DNA from: Eledone cirrhosa
Lineage: Eukaryota
NCBI GenBank assembly: GCA_964016885.1
Contig: CAXHJY010000874.1
Span: 13,789 to 77,788 of the forward strand
Direction of reading: 5' to 3'
Length of the DNA stretch: 64,000 bases
Shown here: positions 41,795 through 55,614 of the stretch, in pieces
Position numbering within the stretch: the first letter of the stretch is position 1
Layout of the letters: each line of letters begins with the position of its first letter
The notes under the pieces: generated by a model
What the model was told of the DNA's origin: nothing
Database searches by the model: none
The model's input: the letters and a program-made list of their open reading frames with translations, nothing else
Program-made: the position numbers and the translations under genes

Positions 41795-41982
41795 AGTTAT
41801 TCCGCGCTGAATCGGAGGTAACCACAGTAAGTAAGGTACTCAATACATAGCAGAGTATAACAGTTTTAATATAGAAGAGCTTCTACAGGACTAGAACTGT
41901 TTCATTCGTAAGCAATCAGCTCCCTGATTATTTCTCACGAATGAAACAGTTCTCGTCCTGTAGAAGCTCTTCTATATTAAAA
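41795..41982. mobile_element. Short (TA)n-embedded PLE-type terminal module ending in a fold-back palindrome (41864-41982)
   Basis: Arms TTTTAATATAGAAGAGCTTCTACAGGACTAGAACTGTTTCATTCGT and its reverse complement. The centre carries CTGAT..GAAACAGTTC. A related copy is at 49610-49750. Confidence 0.7.
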
Positions 41983-42166
41983 TATATATATATATATTGT
42001 TATATTGGGGGAGGGTTATATTGTTATAATATTGCCAGAAATAATAATAGAACACACTCACTGTTTGGTTTGGATTGGTTTTCCCTTCTCTATCTCTTAT
42101 ATCTCCATAGTTAATTTATCTGGCAATCAATGTTTGTCGTTGATTGATAAACTGTTAAAAATACAA

Positions 42167-42209
<43 letters not shown>

Positions 42210-42294
42210 AGCAAAGTTCTTTCGTCTCACATCTGTGACATCATCAGTGGTACTTTTATGTTTCCTCCCGTTGTATTGTAATGCCTACGCCATT

Positions 42295-42298
42295 TATA

Positions 42299-42364
<66 letters not shown>

Positions 42365-42375
42365 TATATATGTAT

Positions 42376-42451
<76 letters not shown>

Positions 42452-42455
42452 GTAT

Positions 42456-42516
<61 letters not shown>

Positions 42517-42527
42517 TATATATGTAT

Positions 42528-42571
<44 letters not shown>

Positions 42572-42575
42572 GTAT

Positions 42576-42636
<61 letters not shown>

Positions 42637-42647
42637 TATATATGTAT

Positions 42648-42719
<72 letters not shown>

Positions 42720-42723
42720 GTAT

Positions 42724-42796
<73 letters not shown>

Positions 42797-42826
42797 TATA
42801 TATATATATACACATATATATATATG

Positions 42827-42881
<55 letters not shown>

Positions 42882-42885
42882 GTAT

Positions 42886-42950
<65 letters not shown>
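42295..42950. repeat. Compound (TA)n array punctuated by a recurring TGTATATACATACA motif
   Basis: Seen directly. The interrupting motif recurs at least 7 times. Confidence 0.93.
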
Positions 42951-42952
<2 letters not shown>

Positions 42953-43116
42953 TGTGTGTGTAGAGAGAGAGAGAGTAGTCCAAAAGTCACTTCACTAGAC
43001 AATTTCATAATACAATGACCCTATTATTTATTAAATATTCACATTTATTCTTTTAGAAATAGAAACAATAAATACACTTATTATATTTTGAAATGGTCTA
43101 GTGACATTTGGGCCAC

Positions 43117-43219
<103 letters not shown>

Positions 43220-43272
43220 GGAAGGAGGTGTGGTAAGGAACCAGAAATAGCCGTCGGGGTCAAACATTTTCG

Positions 43273-43320
<48 letters not shown>

Positions 43321-43672
43321 CATATTAATTTGAAAAAAGAGAGTCCCGCGTGGCTATAAACATAAGAATGAATTAAATATGGCGAAGACTGGGAAATGAA
43401 CGAATACAGTAGTCCCATCTCATCAGTCGACCGTCAGAGATACGTTGTTTTGGTGCTTTAAGGTTACAACTGGCTCTAGTGCTCACAGGAAAGTAGCAAA
43501 TAGACAACGGATAAGACGATAGTCTTAACAACTACTTTCAAATAATTGTTTCTACTTTTGGCACAAAGCCAGCAATTACCCTGTACATTACTGGTACTTT
43601 ATTTTATCGTCCCCGTAAGGATGAAAGGCAAAGTTAACCTGGCCTTGGTGGCCTTGTGCCAAATGTAGAAAC

Positions 43673-43715
<43 letters not shown>

Positions 43716-43745
43716 AAAGAATAGAGGTGTAACACACAAGTTATT

Positions 43746-44152
43746 ATATATTGGTAAACGGAATAGAAAATGCTGACAAATTGTTCACAGTTGAAAAATG
43801 GTTTAATTAGGAATAAAAGAGTATTAGTGATTGTATGGGTTAGTATTCAGTTGTGGTTTTAAGTTTTTAAGTTTTTACCGGTTGCGCATTTCTAAATGCT
43901 TTTCAAAAATAATTTTGAGATAGAGTGTCCGTGCTGTTTGCTTTGCTCTGATCTGAGCAAACAGCACGGACACTCTATCTCAAAATTATTTTTGAAAAGC
44001 ATTTAGAAATGCGCAACCGGTAAAAACTTAAAAACTTAAAACCACAACTGAATACTAACCCATACACTCACTAATACTCTTTTATTCCTAATTAAACCAT
44101 TTTTCAACTGTGAACAATTTGTCAGCATTTTCTATTCCGTTTACCAATATAT
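43746..44152. repeat. Long palindrome: arms of about 197 bp, 13-bp spacer
   Basis: 43746-43942 is the reverse complement of 43956-44152, with one mismatch noted. Confidence 0.95.
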
Positions 44153-44170
44153 ATATATATATATATATAT

Positions 44171-44657
44171 ATACAAATTAATATAAATTAATATATGATA
44201 AACACTAATACAAGTATATTGGTGTTTGTATTGCAAATGACCAAGTTAGCTAGATTGAAAAATACTAATTAAATTAATACAGTTTTCCTGTCTCGATTTA
44301 AAATAATAAATCAATAAAAACAAACCCATATTGGCAATAGCTGTGATACCTGGACAAATTTAAATTTCAAAATTCAATTCTGTTTCGCAACAATAAGTGA
44401 AAATTCCATTTCTGTGCTTCTGAATTTTCACTTATTGTTGCGAAACAGATTTGAGTTTTGAAATTTAAATTTGTCCAGGTATCACGGCTATTGCCAATAT
44501 GGGTTTGTTTTTATTGATTTATTATTTTAAATCGAGACAGGAAAACTGTATTAATTTAATTAGTATTTTTCAATCTAGCTAACTTGGTCATTTGCAAAAC
44601 AAACACTTATATACTTGTATTAGTGTTTATCATATATTAATTTATATTAATTTGTAT
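44171..44657. repeat. Long palindrome: arms of about 236 bp, 15-bp spacer
   Basis: 44171-44406 versus 44422-44657, with a few mismatches. Confidence 0.95.
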
Positions 44658-44733
44658 TTCACGGCTCAGAAATATTTCTTTCTTTGAGCTATTTAATTGT
44701 AAAAGACTGTTTGAGTTTATAACTCTATATATA

Positions 44734-44786
<53 letters not shown>

Positions 44787-45052
44787 TGTGTTGTGTTATT
44801 AATTCTGGCAATATTATTACAACAATATGACCCTCCCCAAGTATATATATATATGAATCACCCAGAAACATTAGTGTCTGCAGTTCTGTTTACATGCTAA
44901 CACAAGAGCAAGAATGACAGAGTTATTCTACTGACATGGCTTTAAAAGGGGCTGTTTGCATAATTGCAAACCAATCGAATGTTATTATTGATATTCGAAA
45001 AACTCAGATTACATTTATCGTATTCAGCAATGTAGAGCGATAAACTATTTAT

Positions 45053-45153
<101 letters not shown>

Positions 45154-45519
45154 CCCTGTAATCCACACATATATTGTATATATTTAGCATTGATTCCTTT
45201 TCCCTTTTGATCCCGTCACTCCTGGTGGAGTCGTAGGGGCAATGTTTTGAGGCAATTTAAGCCTAGCGAAGGCCACCCCTCTCCAGGCCTCAGTACATCA
45301 GATTTCTTCCTGGGAAGGACAGAAAGTGAGAGAAAGGAAATGGAAAAGAGATATAGCGGAACAATCGACTCCAGAACTAGACAGGGATTTTTTTATCCAC
45401 CACCAAAGGGTGAAAGGCAAAGTTAACCTTGGTGGGATTTGAACTGAGGGAGCAGAGAGTCGAAACGAATACTATAAAGCATTCTATCTGACGTTCTAAA
45501 GACTCTGCCAATTCGTTGC

Positions 45520-45573
<54 letters not shown>

Positions 45574-46249
45574 GCCAAAGAACAAAACAAAAAGGAGTGC
45601 AATACGAACGGTGTTGGTATTAGGTTCACGCTTGAGAGTGGGGGCTGTATATATATAGATATAGATATATATATAAATAAATATACACGGGTGTGTATGA
45701 TTGTGTATAGAAGATTATATTAATAAAAGGAATTCCAACTTTGTCTGATTTACTCGTTTTATTTACAATCCTTTAAAATTTATAATGGTATTAGAATGAA
45801 ATAGTATGGTAGAATATTAAATGTTAAGTACTTTCATGCTTTCGCAATCTTCAGGTTCATATTGTGTGGTGACAGTCAAGTTTGCAATTTTCAACTGTAA
45901 TGAGATGGGTAAATTCTGTGCCTTATATACAGTTAAAAGCTGCTACAGAATGCTAAATTCTGCAAACTGTAGTTCGACCAATCGGTGTGTAGGTTCACTG
46001 GATTATTAAAGCTGATTGGTTTAGGCGTCACGGTTGGTTTAGCATGTCTAACGACTACTAATTGACCCTATCCAAAGCATCAATTGTTTTTCTATTTTTA
46101 GAAATGATGAAAATAGCATTTTCTAGTAATCATCACCATCAACATCACTTTTATTATTATTATTGTTGTTGTTGTTGTTGTTAGTGGTCGTAGTCGACAT
46201 GGTCGTAGTCATAGTCATAGTAGAAGTAATACCCCTAAGCATTATTATT

Positions 46250-46690
46250 GTTCATTTAGCTTGGGTTGGAATTTATCAATAAAATTCTTTTCTTTGATTT
46301 TTCTCTTGATTTCACTTGGGCTGTGTAATTTGTAGAATGAGAATATTATAAATATTCTCTGACCACATGTTGCTAGATGGTTACTCAGGGGTATCTGACG
46401 GACATTTGGGTCTCTGATTTACTGTCGGTGCACCCGTGCACGTTCCGATAGTGCATTTCCAGTTTGACCGACATATAGTTCTTCACAATTCGGGCATTTA
46501 ATGCAGTAAATTAGATTTCTGCTTTTGCAGTTCATATTTGCATTTAGGAATTTTTCCAGTTTTTGTGTTCATATATTGACCGGCGTGTATGGATTGACAT
46601 GTGCCACATCGACTATCATTGCATTTAGATACAGTGAATGATTGGTCTTTGTTGTTAAGGTCAAACTTTGCTTTTGTTAGTAATTGCTTC
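46250..46690 (-). pseudogene. Neptune-type PLE GIY-YIG endonuclease fragment
   Basis: Across frameshifts: KQLLTKAKF..VSKCNDSRCGTCQSI..NMNCKSRNLIYCI.CPNCEELYVGQTGNALSERARVHRQ..NHLATC..KEKNFIDKFQPKLN. The CxxxRCxTC linker is typical of Neptune PLEs. A SINE truncates it at 46690. Confidence 0.8.
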
Positions 46691-46867
46691 GACCCGTAAG
46701 GAGGAAAAGCAAAGTTAACCTCGGCGGGATTGGAACTCAGACCGTAAAGGATTGCAACTCCATGCTGCAAAGCATGGTTTCCGACTCTACCGATACTGCC
46801 AATCCACCGCCTTAATCCACCGTAAATAATAGCAACATTAGCCATTCTATCATAGTGTGTTCATAAA

Positions 46868-47186
46868 GGTGCGTGGCTTTGTGGTTAGGATATTCGGTTC
46901 ACAATCGTAAGTTCATGAGTTCGATTCCAGACGGCGCGTTGTGTCATTGCGCAATACATGTTATTTCACGTTGCTCCAGTTCACTCAGCCGGCAAAAATG
47001 AGTTGTGCCTAAAATTCGAAGGGCCAGCTCTGTCACATCCTGTGTCACACTGAATCTCCCTGAGAGCTACGTTAAGGGTACACGTATCTGCGGAATACTC
47101 AGCCACTTGCACGTTAATTTCACGAGCAAGCTGTTCCGTTGATCGTATCAACTGCAACACTCGACGTTGTAACCGACGGAGTGCCA
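46868..47186 (+). mobile_element. Full-length CORE-type tRNA SINE
   Basis: GGTGCGTGGCTTTGTGGTTAGG A-box, GAGTTCGATTCC B-box, CORE-like GTGTCATTGCGCAATACA, 3' end CCGACGGAGTGCCA. Confidence 0.82.
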
Positions 47187-47188
47187 GT

Positions 47189-47304
47189 TATACACTATCT
47201 ACATATCAGTAAACAATAGCAACATTCTAAGAACGTCCTGACAATAAATTAAAGTTGCAACTGGAGAAGATATTATTTATTAAGGGCAGTGGATTGGCAG
47301 TATC

Positions 47305-47358
<54 letters not shown>

Positions 47359-47467
47359 GATACTGCCAATCCACTGCCCTTAATAAATAATATCTTCTCC
47401 AGTTGCAACTTTAATTTATTGTCAGGACGTTCTTAGAATGTTGCTATTGTTTACTGATATGTAGATA

Positions 47468-47474
<7 letters not shown>
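47189..47474. repeat. Fold-back inverted duplication (arms of about 120 bp) centred on (TA)n
   Basis: 47189-47308 is the reverse complement of 47356-47474. The spacer and the right flank are (TA)n. Confidence 0.95.
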
Positions 47475-47541
<67 letters not shown>

Positions 47542-47931
47542 TCCCTTACAAGTTGAGCTATTAAGTTGTGCGTGTTGGACTGTTATTTCTGTTCAATACG
47601 CGCTTACCACGTTTGACTGGCGAAGCACGAGGTGATGAATTCATCTTTCTGTGTGAACGTTGGCAAATAGTGTTTGTGGCATTTAATCGCAATCTCTCGC
47701 TGATGAAGCCCAGGATTATCTGTTACAAACACACTCAGGGCGAAACAGATTAGGGATAATCTGTCCGAGAGATATAATGGTTATTGAGGCGGTTTGTATT
47801 ATTATGATAATATATTTTTATTTTCATTTTGTCATTCTGTCTGTTTCTTGGTTAAATATTTCAAGCATATGTGGTTTTTCAACCCTTGTAATTTTAGACA
47901 CACGGTTTACTGTGTTTCTTACTATATATTG

Positions 47932-48475
<544 letters not shown>

Positions 48476-48742
48476 TCTACCTGGAGTTGCGACCGATAGA
48501 TAGTATTAGCAATTGGAAAGACCAACGGAAACATTGTTCCCTCGGTCCGATTTGACGAAAGTCGATCGTTCCTAAAAAAAAAAAATATATATATACAGTT
48601 CAAGAGTAACCAATCTTAAAGAGAGAGATATGAGAGGAAAGATTGGTGAGTTAGTTAGAAGGCATGTGCTCAATGTGCAATATGCAGTAGAAAGCAGCTA
48701 GGTGGCTGGGTTCATGCAGAGGTTAGGTGCGCAGAGCTGGAA

Positions 48743-49194
48743 ATATTCATTAGTTAAGCAAAACAAGACCACAAATTTCACAAGGAAGACATTATTAAAA
48801 GATTGTCAACATATTTAGTTTGATGTAAGGAATGTAGAGAATAATAATAATAATATCATAATTGATCTGGTTCAGTTGAAAATAATTAACATATTTAAAA
48901 ACAGAGTGGCTCATCGGAACTCAAAGGAATATAAATTAAAATAATGTCACTCTGTTTTTAAATATGTTAATTATTTTCAACTGAACCAGATCAATTATGA
49001 TACATAGTCATCTGATCCAGAAATATTATACGGAGTAGCGAAACAATTGTAAACGGGCATTATTATTATTAATATTATTATTATTATTATTATTATTCTC
49101 TACATTCCTTACATCAAACTAAATATGTTGACAATCTTTTAATGATGTCTTCCTTGTGAAATTTGTGGTCTTGTTTTGCTTAACTAATGAATAT
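48743..49194. repeat. Imperfect palindrome; only the right arm keeps a hammerhead-like insert (49002-49058)
   Basis: 48743-48908 versus 48948-49194. The extra segment contains CTGAT..GCGAAACAATTGTA. Confidence 0.85.
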
Positions 49195-49309
49195 ATATAT
49201 ATATATATAATGGAAAAATTTGAACAGGGACAAAACAGAGAGGCAGTACAACGAATGTTTATTAATTTCACGCTCTGGGGAGTGGGGTATCTCTATATAT
49301 ATATATAAC

Positions 49310-49567
49310 AAAGAAAGTGTGGTAAGGAACCGGGTGAACGATAACGCACATTTTCAGAGTACGCGATACTTAGGGTAGTAGAGTGGGTAATAGGAAAAGA
49401 GTCAGGACCCCGACGGCTGAGCTCCGGCTGTTTTGACAGCTAGATCCAAACTAAACCAGTAGTATTAGGACGGTAGGGACCTAGATGAACTTATCAAGGG
49501 GTACAGTCCATATATGGGCATGCTATAGAAACGGCCGGAGCTCAGCCGTCGGGGCCCTGACTCTTTT

Positions 49568-49571
<4 letters not shown>
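49310..49571 (+). mobile_element. (TA)n-embedded short element with a terminal GC-rich hairpin (family also at 54820, 56266 and 43217)
   Basis: GTGTGGTAAGGAACC..ATACTTAGGGTAGTAGAGTGGGTAATAGGAAAA..GACCCCGACGGC..GCCGTCGGGG..TTTTCCTA. Confidence 0.8.
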
Positions 49572-49618
<47 letters not shown>

Positions 49619-49954
49619 AAGGGCTTCTACAGGACTAGTACTGTTTCATTCGGGAGAAATCATTATATATACAATTTTTATACTCTGCTATGTATTGAGT
49701 ACCTTACTTACAGTGGTTATCCCCGATTGAACCCTGGATAAACTTATCTTATATATATATATATGGGGGGGGGGTTAAGTAAAGGAATTCACTCCTTCAG
49801 ATTCTTGCCATCAACAGTGATGGTAACATCCTCTACTTGTCTGAGAGAGGTTGGCTTTGGTTGATGTACCACCTCAGTCTTCTTAATGCTGATGAGGATT
49901 GTTAAACCAAATGCTTTACAGGCAAGCGAGAAACAGTTCATATATGTATGTATA

Positions 49955-50080
<126 letters not shown>

Positions 50081-50102
50081 TAGATAGATAGATAGATAGA
50101 TG

Positions 50103-50170
<68 letters not shown>

Positions 50171-50294
50171 TAATTACCTCCCTTAGATCACAATCGCCTT
50201 TCCTCCATTTTTCTATACTTAAAAATGCATTCCAATGTTAAAGTATTATTCTAACTGTACAGGGTATTTTATTAAAAACTTTGTCTTTGTGTCT

Positions 50295-50334
50295 GCCTCA
50301 GAAGAGCCCCATTGAGCGAAACATATGTAAGAGC
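50295..50334 (+). ncRNA. Minimal hammerhead variant (core CAGAAGA) in the Naiad pLTR
   Basis: GCCT-CAGAAGA-GCCC catt GAGC-GAAAC-ATAT-GTA-AGAGC. The copy at 56574-56613 (minus) has a perfect stem II, GCCC/GGGC. Confidence 0.6.
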
Positions 50335-50600
50335 TTTATAAAGATATGTTTTAACGGCTTGTAACTCTTTCATTAATCATTTTGCTTATCACTGCTCTAC
50401 TTATCCTTGTACACTAAATATTAACTATCTCTAATATTTAACCCTGATAACACAAGCATCGAGCACTTATGCACCCGCTTTTGGCATGTAATATTCTCTA
50501 TCACACCTCTTTATACCTCCTCTTTCTAACCTCCTTTACAATACTGTAACTTTTTATTTTCACACTCCTTTCAGTAGAGCTCAATTTTTTACTTGCCATC

Positions 50601-53446
50601 ATGTTGGAGAAACAACCGTTATCTATCTCTCTCAAGTCTATATCTATACCTAGCAGAAAAACATACCTTAAACAATTCATTGCCGCTACGAATTTATACG
50701 TAGCGTCAGATGGAAGGCCTACCATTTGGATAAGGACACTGTTAATCTTCCTGCGCCTAAAGAAAAATACGGTTTTAAGACCTACCGGAACCCGCCACAC
50801 AATACTTTGTTGAACTCTTTTGAGGAAGATTTACTCAATATGATCAGAAATATCAAGTTTAAGAATAAACGCCAATGCAGCAATTCGTCCCTGACGTCCC
50901 TGGACTCACTCATCACTAGAATAAGAACGACAGAAACCTTTTCGTTGCCTCTGATAAAACTAAGAACCTGTATAAGTTGGATGTAAGTAGATAGAGACAA
51001 TTCATTTGTAATGAATTAAACAAATATTACATGAAAACGCCTATTAGTACTTTAAATGACATTAATAGATTAGGCAAAGATATTGTAACTAGCTTAGATA
51101 TAGATAAATACACTAACTCTTATGTACCTATGACAACAACATTTTCTCTTAAGGATCACAAATATAATTTTAATGAAAGCCCCTCTATCGGATTAATATG
51201 CCCCTCCACTTCAGATATAAGTAAAATTAGCAAAGTGATCCTCGATAGAATAATACCCGAACTCAATAGTAAAGCTAAGGTCTGTCTCTGGAACAATACC
51301 GACCAGGTCATTAAATGGTTCACAGATCTACCTGAAAAGGCATTTCTGAAATTCATCCAGTTCAACATAGACAATTACCTCTGCTTCTATTTCCCCTATA
51401 CTCTTAAATAAGGCCCTTATCTTAACTAGATCTAACACTAGTTTAATTAAAAAAAGAAATAGATATAGTGCTTGCAGCACGGAGAATTATTATTCATTTC
51501 GAGGGTTTCTACTGGACCAGAACCAACCGTTCTGATAACTTTGATATCACGATGGGGTCTAGTGACTCAGCGTAAGCAACTGACCTGGTCGGAATTTACC
51601 ACCTGCATAGGCTTAGAGATGAGATCCCTGTACTACAAGGAGGTGTATATAGGGACGATGCCCTATTTACTGTAAAGAACCATGGCCCCCGAAAACCTTA
51701 ATAAACTTATACACAAGTTCTTTAAATCGTACGGCCTCTCTGTAACTATCGACCATCATATAGTTAACTTCTTAGATGTTACGTTAGAATTAGGTACCGG
51801 CTTATACAGACCTTACCATAAGCCAGGTGAGGTTCTATCTTACATCAATTATGCTTCTAACCACCCTAAATCTACGCTCAACTCCATTGTGTATAGCATC
51901 TCCCATAGAATCTCTAGGCTTTCTGCTAATGAAGACCTCTTCAACAAAACTGATGATTATTATAATAGGGCATTGGCTGATTCACGTTATAACAGCAAAA
52001 TTTCATACCTCCACAATGCAGACTCTATAAAGACCCCTCATGTAGGACTAGTGTTATAGCGAGCCATACCTATAACCAACGCCACAGTGGCCCAACTAGC
52101 GTAAAAATGTTTAGAAGAGATAATAGTGCCACTAGCTACGGCCCGCATCATAACTATAAAGCTAGCAGGACGCGTGTATTACCACACCCACACCATCATA
52201 GTCCGGTTAATAGTAGCAACTACAGCCTACTTGAATTATTCCCTGATTACAGGCTTAATAAATGTAATGGTTTATTGCCTACACTAAATCGGAACCGCCG
52301 CACTGGGGCAGTCTGTGCACCCAGACAAATTTCCAACAGACAACGCATTACACAGCAACCTTATAGTCCTGATAAGGACACCCACCTCGGCAACAACGCC
52401 CATAGTAACCCCAGAACTACGCGTAACCGCCACCGTAATGTCCTTTGGTTCCACCCCACACCCCTACTCTCGGAGTGTGGCCTCCAATTTACCTAGAATC
52501 TTCTTCGACGCCTTAGAGAAGAACTTTCCACCTAACAATAGATACAGAAAAAGAATAAGAATAAGTTTAAAATCTCCTATTCTACTACACCTAATCTAGC
52601 CGATCTCATAGCAATAAGTAACCACAACAAGCTCACTAGTAAACAACATCTTAGTAATGAGAATTTTAGTGAATATGACAACTCAGTTAACCTTAGCAAT
52701 TCTTTCGCCCCGCATGATAACGATGGTAGTAACCAGGATAGGTATCTTAGTATTAGCAACGGTTTACATAATAGCACCACACTAAAAACTAACTGCTGCA
52801 CCAGTAGTGAGACTGACGACAGGGTTAGTAACTTTAACAGCTCTAACATCGGCTGTAGAAGACGCTATAGCATGAGAGGTGGCCATGGCACCACTTCGCT
52901 ATAATAATGCCAACTACAATAATAGTAGCTAATGTGATGGTGATAATAATAATAATAATAATAATAATACGATTAATACCAACACTCATCACCTTAGAGG
53001 TGACCGTAATAAACATTGCAATGGTCGTAACCCTACAAACTGTCCACTCCGAGGCTACTGCCTCACTAAGAACGTTATCTATAGATGTACTGTTACTAGT
53101 CATAATAGTGTTAAGTCTTACATAGGAGCTGCCTCTGGGTCGTTCAAGACCAGATTTCGAGCACACCTCCACTCCTTTAGGAATAAGAAACTTAGATACT
53201 CTACGTCCCTCGCTAATTATATCACCCAGTTAAATGACTCTAACATTAGCTTCACCACTTATTTGGGAAATTGTGAACCAAGCAACACCATACAATTTTT
53301 TTAAATGCTGCCAACTCTGCCTAATGGAACTATACGATATAGTGCAAGCACCCCAGGACCTCATAAATAGTCGGGCTGAAACTGTCATCAATTGCGGCCA
53401 TAGACTACAACAATCGTTCTATAGATGGACCCCAACAACCACATAA
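50601..53446 (+). pseudogene. Naiad RT-GIY-YIG polyprotein with multiple frameshifts and stops
   Basis: ORFs 50601, 50726, 51031, 51682, 52107, 52315 and 53234 are consecutive fragments. The YRDD catalytic motif is near 51648-51660. Confidence 0.9.
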
Positions 53447-54608
53447 CCACCATAACACCTGAGGCTCTCAACACCACACCCTGGCCCGACTTACGGGCTG
53501 TGGACTTACACAAACAATCACAGGTACAAACACTCGGACGGACACACACATGCATTTCAATGAATTAAATTAACTTGCCAGTATGTAATAAGATATGAAA
53601 AATAAATATTGAGTATCCGTACTTATTCATATATATATATATATATATATAATGTTCTGATGCATCACTGATTCCTCGTTATCTATAATATATATATATA
53701 AAGAGAGAGAGAGAGTGAGAGAGAGAGAGAGAGAGAGGGGGGGGAGAGAGCGAATGGAGGCGTGAGAGAGAAAGAGAAAGGTACAGGATTTACTACGTTG
53801 TGTACTAACCACTAAATAACTATTATTTCACATACACTACCACTAAAATGCATTTATTTACTACAGTCAATAAGTAATTTTATAACAAAAATATTTTGAT
53901 GTCGGTTGATGAAGCAGTTATGTGTAAGTCAGCTGAAGCTATAACAAAACTAACAACGAAGCTTTAACCCAAAATATACATGATGAATTTGTATTGCAAT
54001 GCATAAATACATACATACGTACATACACACACACATACATACATACATGGTGGCTGCCAACTCGTTTTCGAGTACGGCCAATACTTTATATCCATGTAGG
54101 AGAACCCCTACCGATGCGCTGAACGAGTGGGACATTTTAGTCCAGCCAGCGACTTGAAAACTCTGGTACAAACACTACACTTGTGACAATTATTGACAGA
54201 TAGTGCTGGGCCCATGGTACCATGTGACGACAAGTGCAGAGAGATCTCCAGATATAAACCAATGCCTGTGCCGTGAAGCTTTTATAGTGAGCAATGGCAC
54301 TGCACAAAGCCAGTCCCACTCTCTTAACCAAGATGATATTTACCAAAAAGAAGAACAATTCAACATCATTGGATACCATCAGGGTTGCGGGTGTTATATC
54401 AGAGTTTTCCTTCTCCTAGAATTCTGCCTTGACAAAGGCTAAGGGGTCATCTCTGATACATACATACATACATACATAGGTACATACGTAGGTACATACA
54501 TATAAATATATACATATATATTTATATTTTCATATACACATATGCACACATACATACATACATACATACATACATACATACATACATACACACATACGTA
54601 CACACATA

Positions 54609-54708
<100 letters not shown>

Positions 54709-54729
54709 CCGTATAACCATTACCAGTCC

Positions 54730-54766
54730 GAGCTGAGGATCCGCATAAGGTGAAACAATTGTTCTC
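54730..54766 (+). ncRNA. Minimal type I hammerhead ribozyme
   Basis: GAG-CTGAGGA-TCC gcataa GGT-GAAAC-AATT-GTT-CTC. Loop 3 is palindromic (ACAATTGT). It sits in an island of about 95 bp between (TA)n runs. Confidence 0.7.
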
Positions 54767-54819
54767 ACTATGGTGAACTAACTGTTGTGTTACTACTTAT
54801 ATATATATATATATATATA

Positions 54820-55007
54820 ACGAAGGAATTGTGGTAAGGAACCAGATGGACCATAACGCACCAAAGTACTCAATACTTAGGGTAGTAGAGTGGGTAATAG
54901 GAAAAAATATGACCCCGACGGACGACAGAGCTCAAGCCGTTTCGACGGCTATTTCTGGACCGCTATTCGACGGCTATTTGAGCTCTGCCGTCGGGGTCAT
55001 ACTTTTT

Positions 55008-55011
<4 letters not shown>
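54820..55011 (+). mobile_element. (TA)n-embedded hairpin-ended element, same family as 49310
   Basis: Shared 5' part. Arms TAGGAAAAA..TGACCCCGACGG and CCGTCGGGGTCA..TTTTTCCTA. Confidence 0.82.
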
Positions 55012-55057
<46 letters not shown>

Positions 55058-55086
55058 TAATATTTATATATACATATATATATACT

Positions 55087-55149
<63 letters not shown>

Positions 55150-55216
55150 AAGGTTTAGTAAATAATGAAAAAGTTTCAAAATAAATTTTAAAAAATTGAC
55201 TTTACCTACTATAGTT

Positions 55217-55300
55217 ACCTTTACCGATCGGTTTCGAATCCCAAAAATAAAACGGAGACCATACTGCCTTCGTTGCAAAGAAAGATTCTCGTCAGAAGGT
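55217..55300 (-). ncRNA. Type I hammerhead ribozyme
   Basis: Minus strand: ACCTT-CTGACGA-GAATC[43 nt]GATTC-GAAAC-CGATCG-GTA-AAGGT. Stems I and II are perfect, the core is canonical and loop 3 is palindromic. Confidence 0.9.
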
Positions 55301-55531
55301 TCTTTTCATTCAAAGAATATAAAATTCCTGAATTTAAATCACAAACTAGCGCTATCAAAAACTGTTCCTGGGATGAGAGTGGATGATGTAGAACAGGTTT
55401 ATCAAGGGCCGTAGCAAAGATAGAGGCAAAAGGAGGTAGGTCAAACTAGCCACAGCTATTACTAGCTAAATGTAAGTATATATATATATGTATATATAAA
55501 TATTATCTCTCTCTCTATATATATATATACT

Positions 55532-55614
<83 letters not shown>

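Larger units (their letters stand above)
50172..53510 (+). mobile_element. Full-length decayed Naiad-type Penelope-like element with a 5' pLTR
   Basis: pLTR 50172-50385 equals the 3' end of the copy at 56517. ORF pieces: N-terminus (SIPSRKTY, WKAY, YGFKT, FEEDL), SLKDHKYNF..LICPSTSDISKISK, FDITMGS, GGVYRDD, NFLDVTL, SNHP, VLWFHP, SYSTTPNL, CNGR..CPLRGYCL, VIYRC..YIGAA, CQLCLME, NSRAE..CGH. Confidence 0.93.

Noticed and set aside
46868-46935. tRNA gene candidates (A/B boxes), also at 14000, 25140 and 48359
   Set aside because: They are heads of tRNA-derived SINEs that continue into CORE or Deu/Nin bodies, with no complete cloverleaf.
49886-49941. ATG-CTGATGA..GAAACAGTT-CAT hammerhead candidate, and TTGATGA-AGC..GCT-GAAG at 53906
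   Set aside because: No coherent stem II closing onto GAAA in the first, and no GAAA or stem I in the second.
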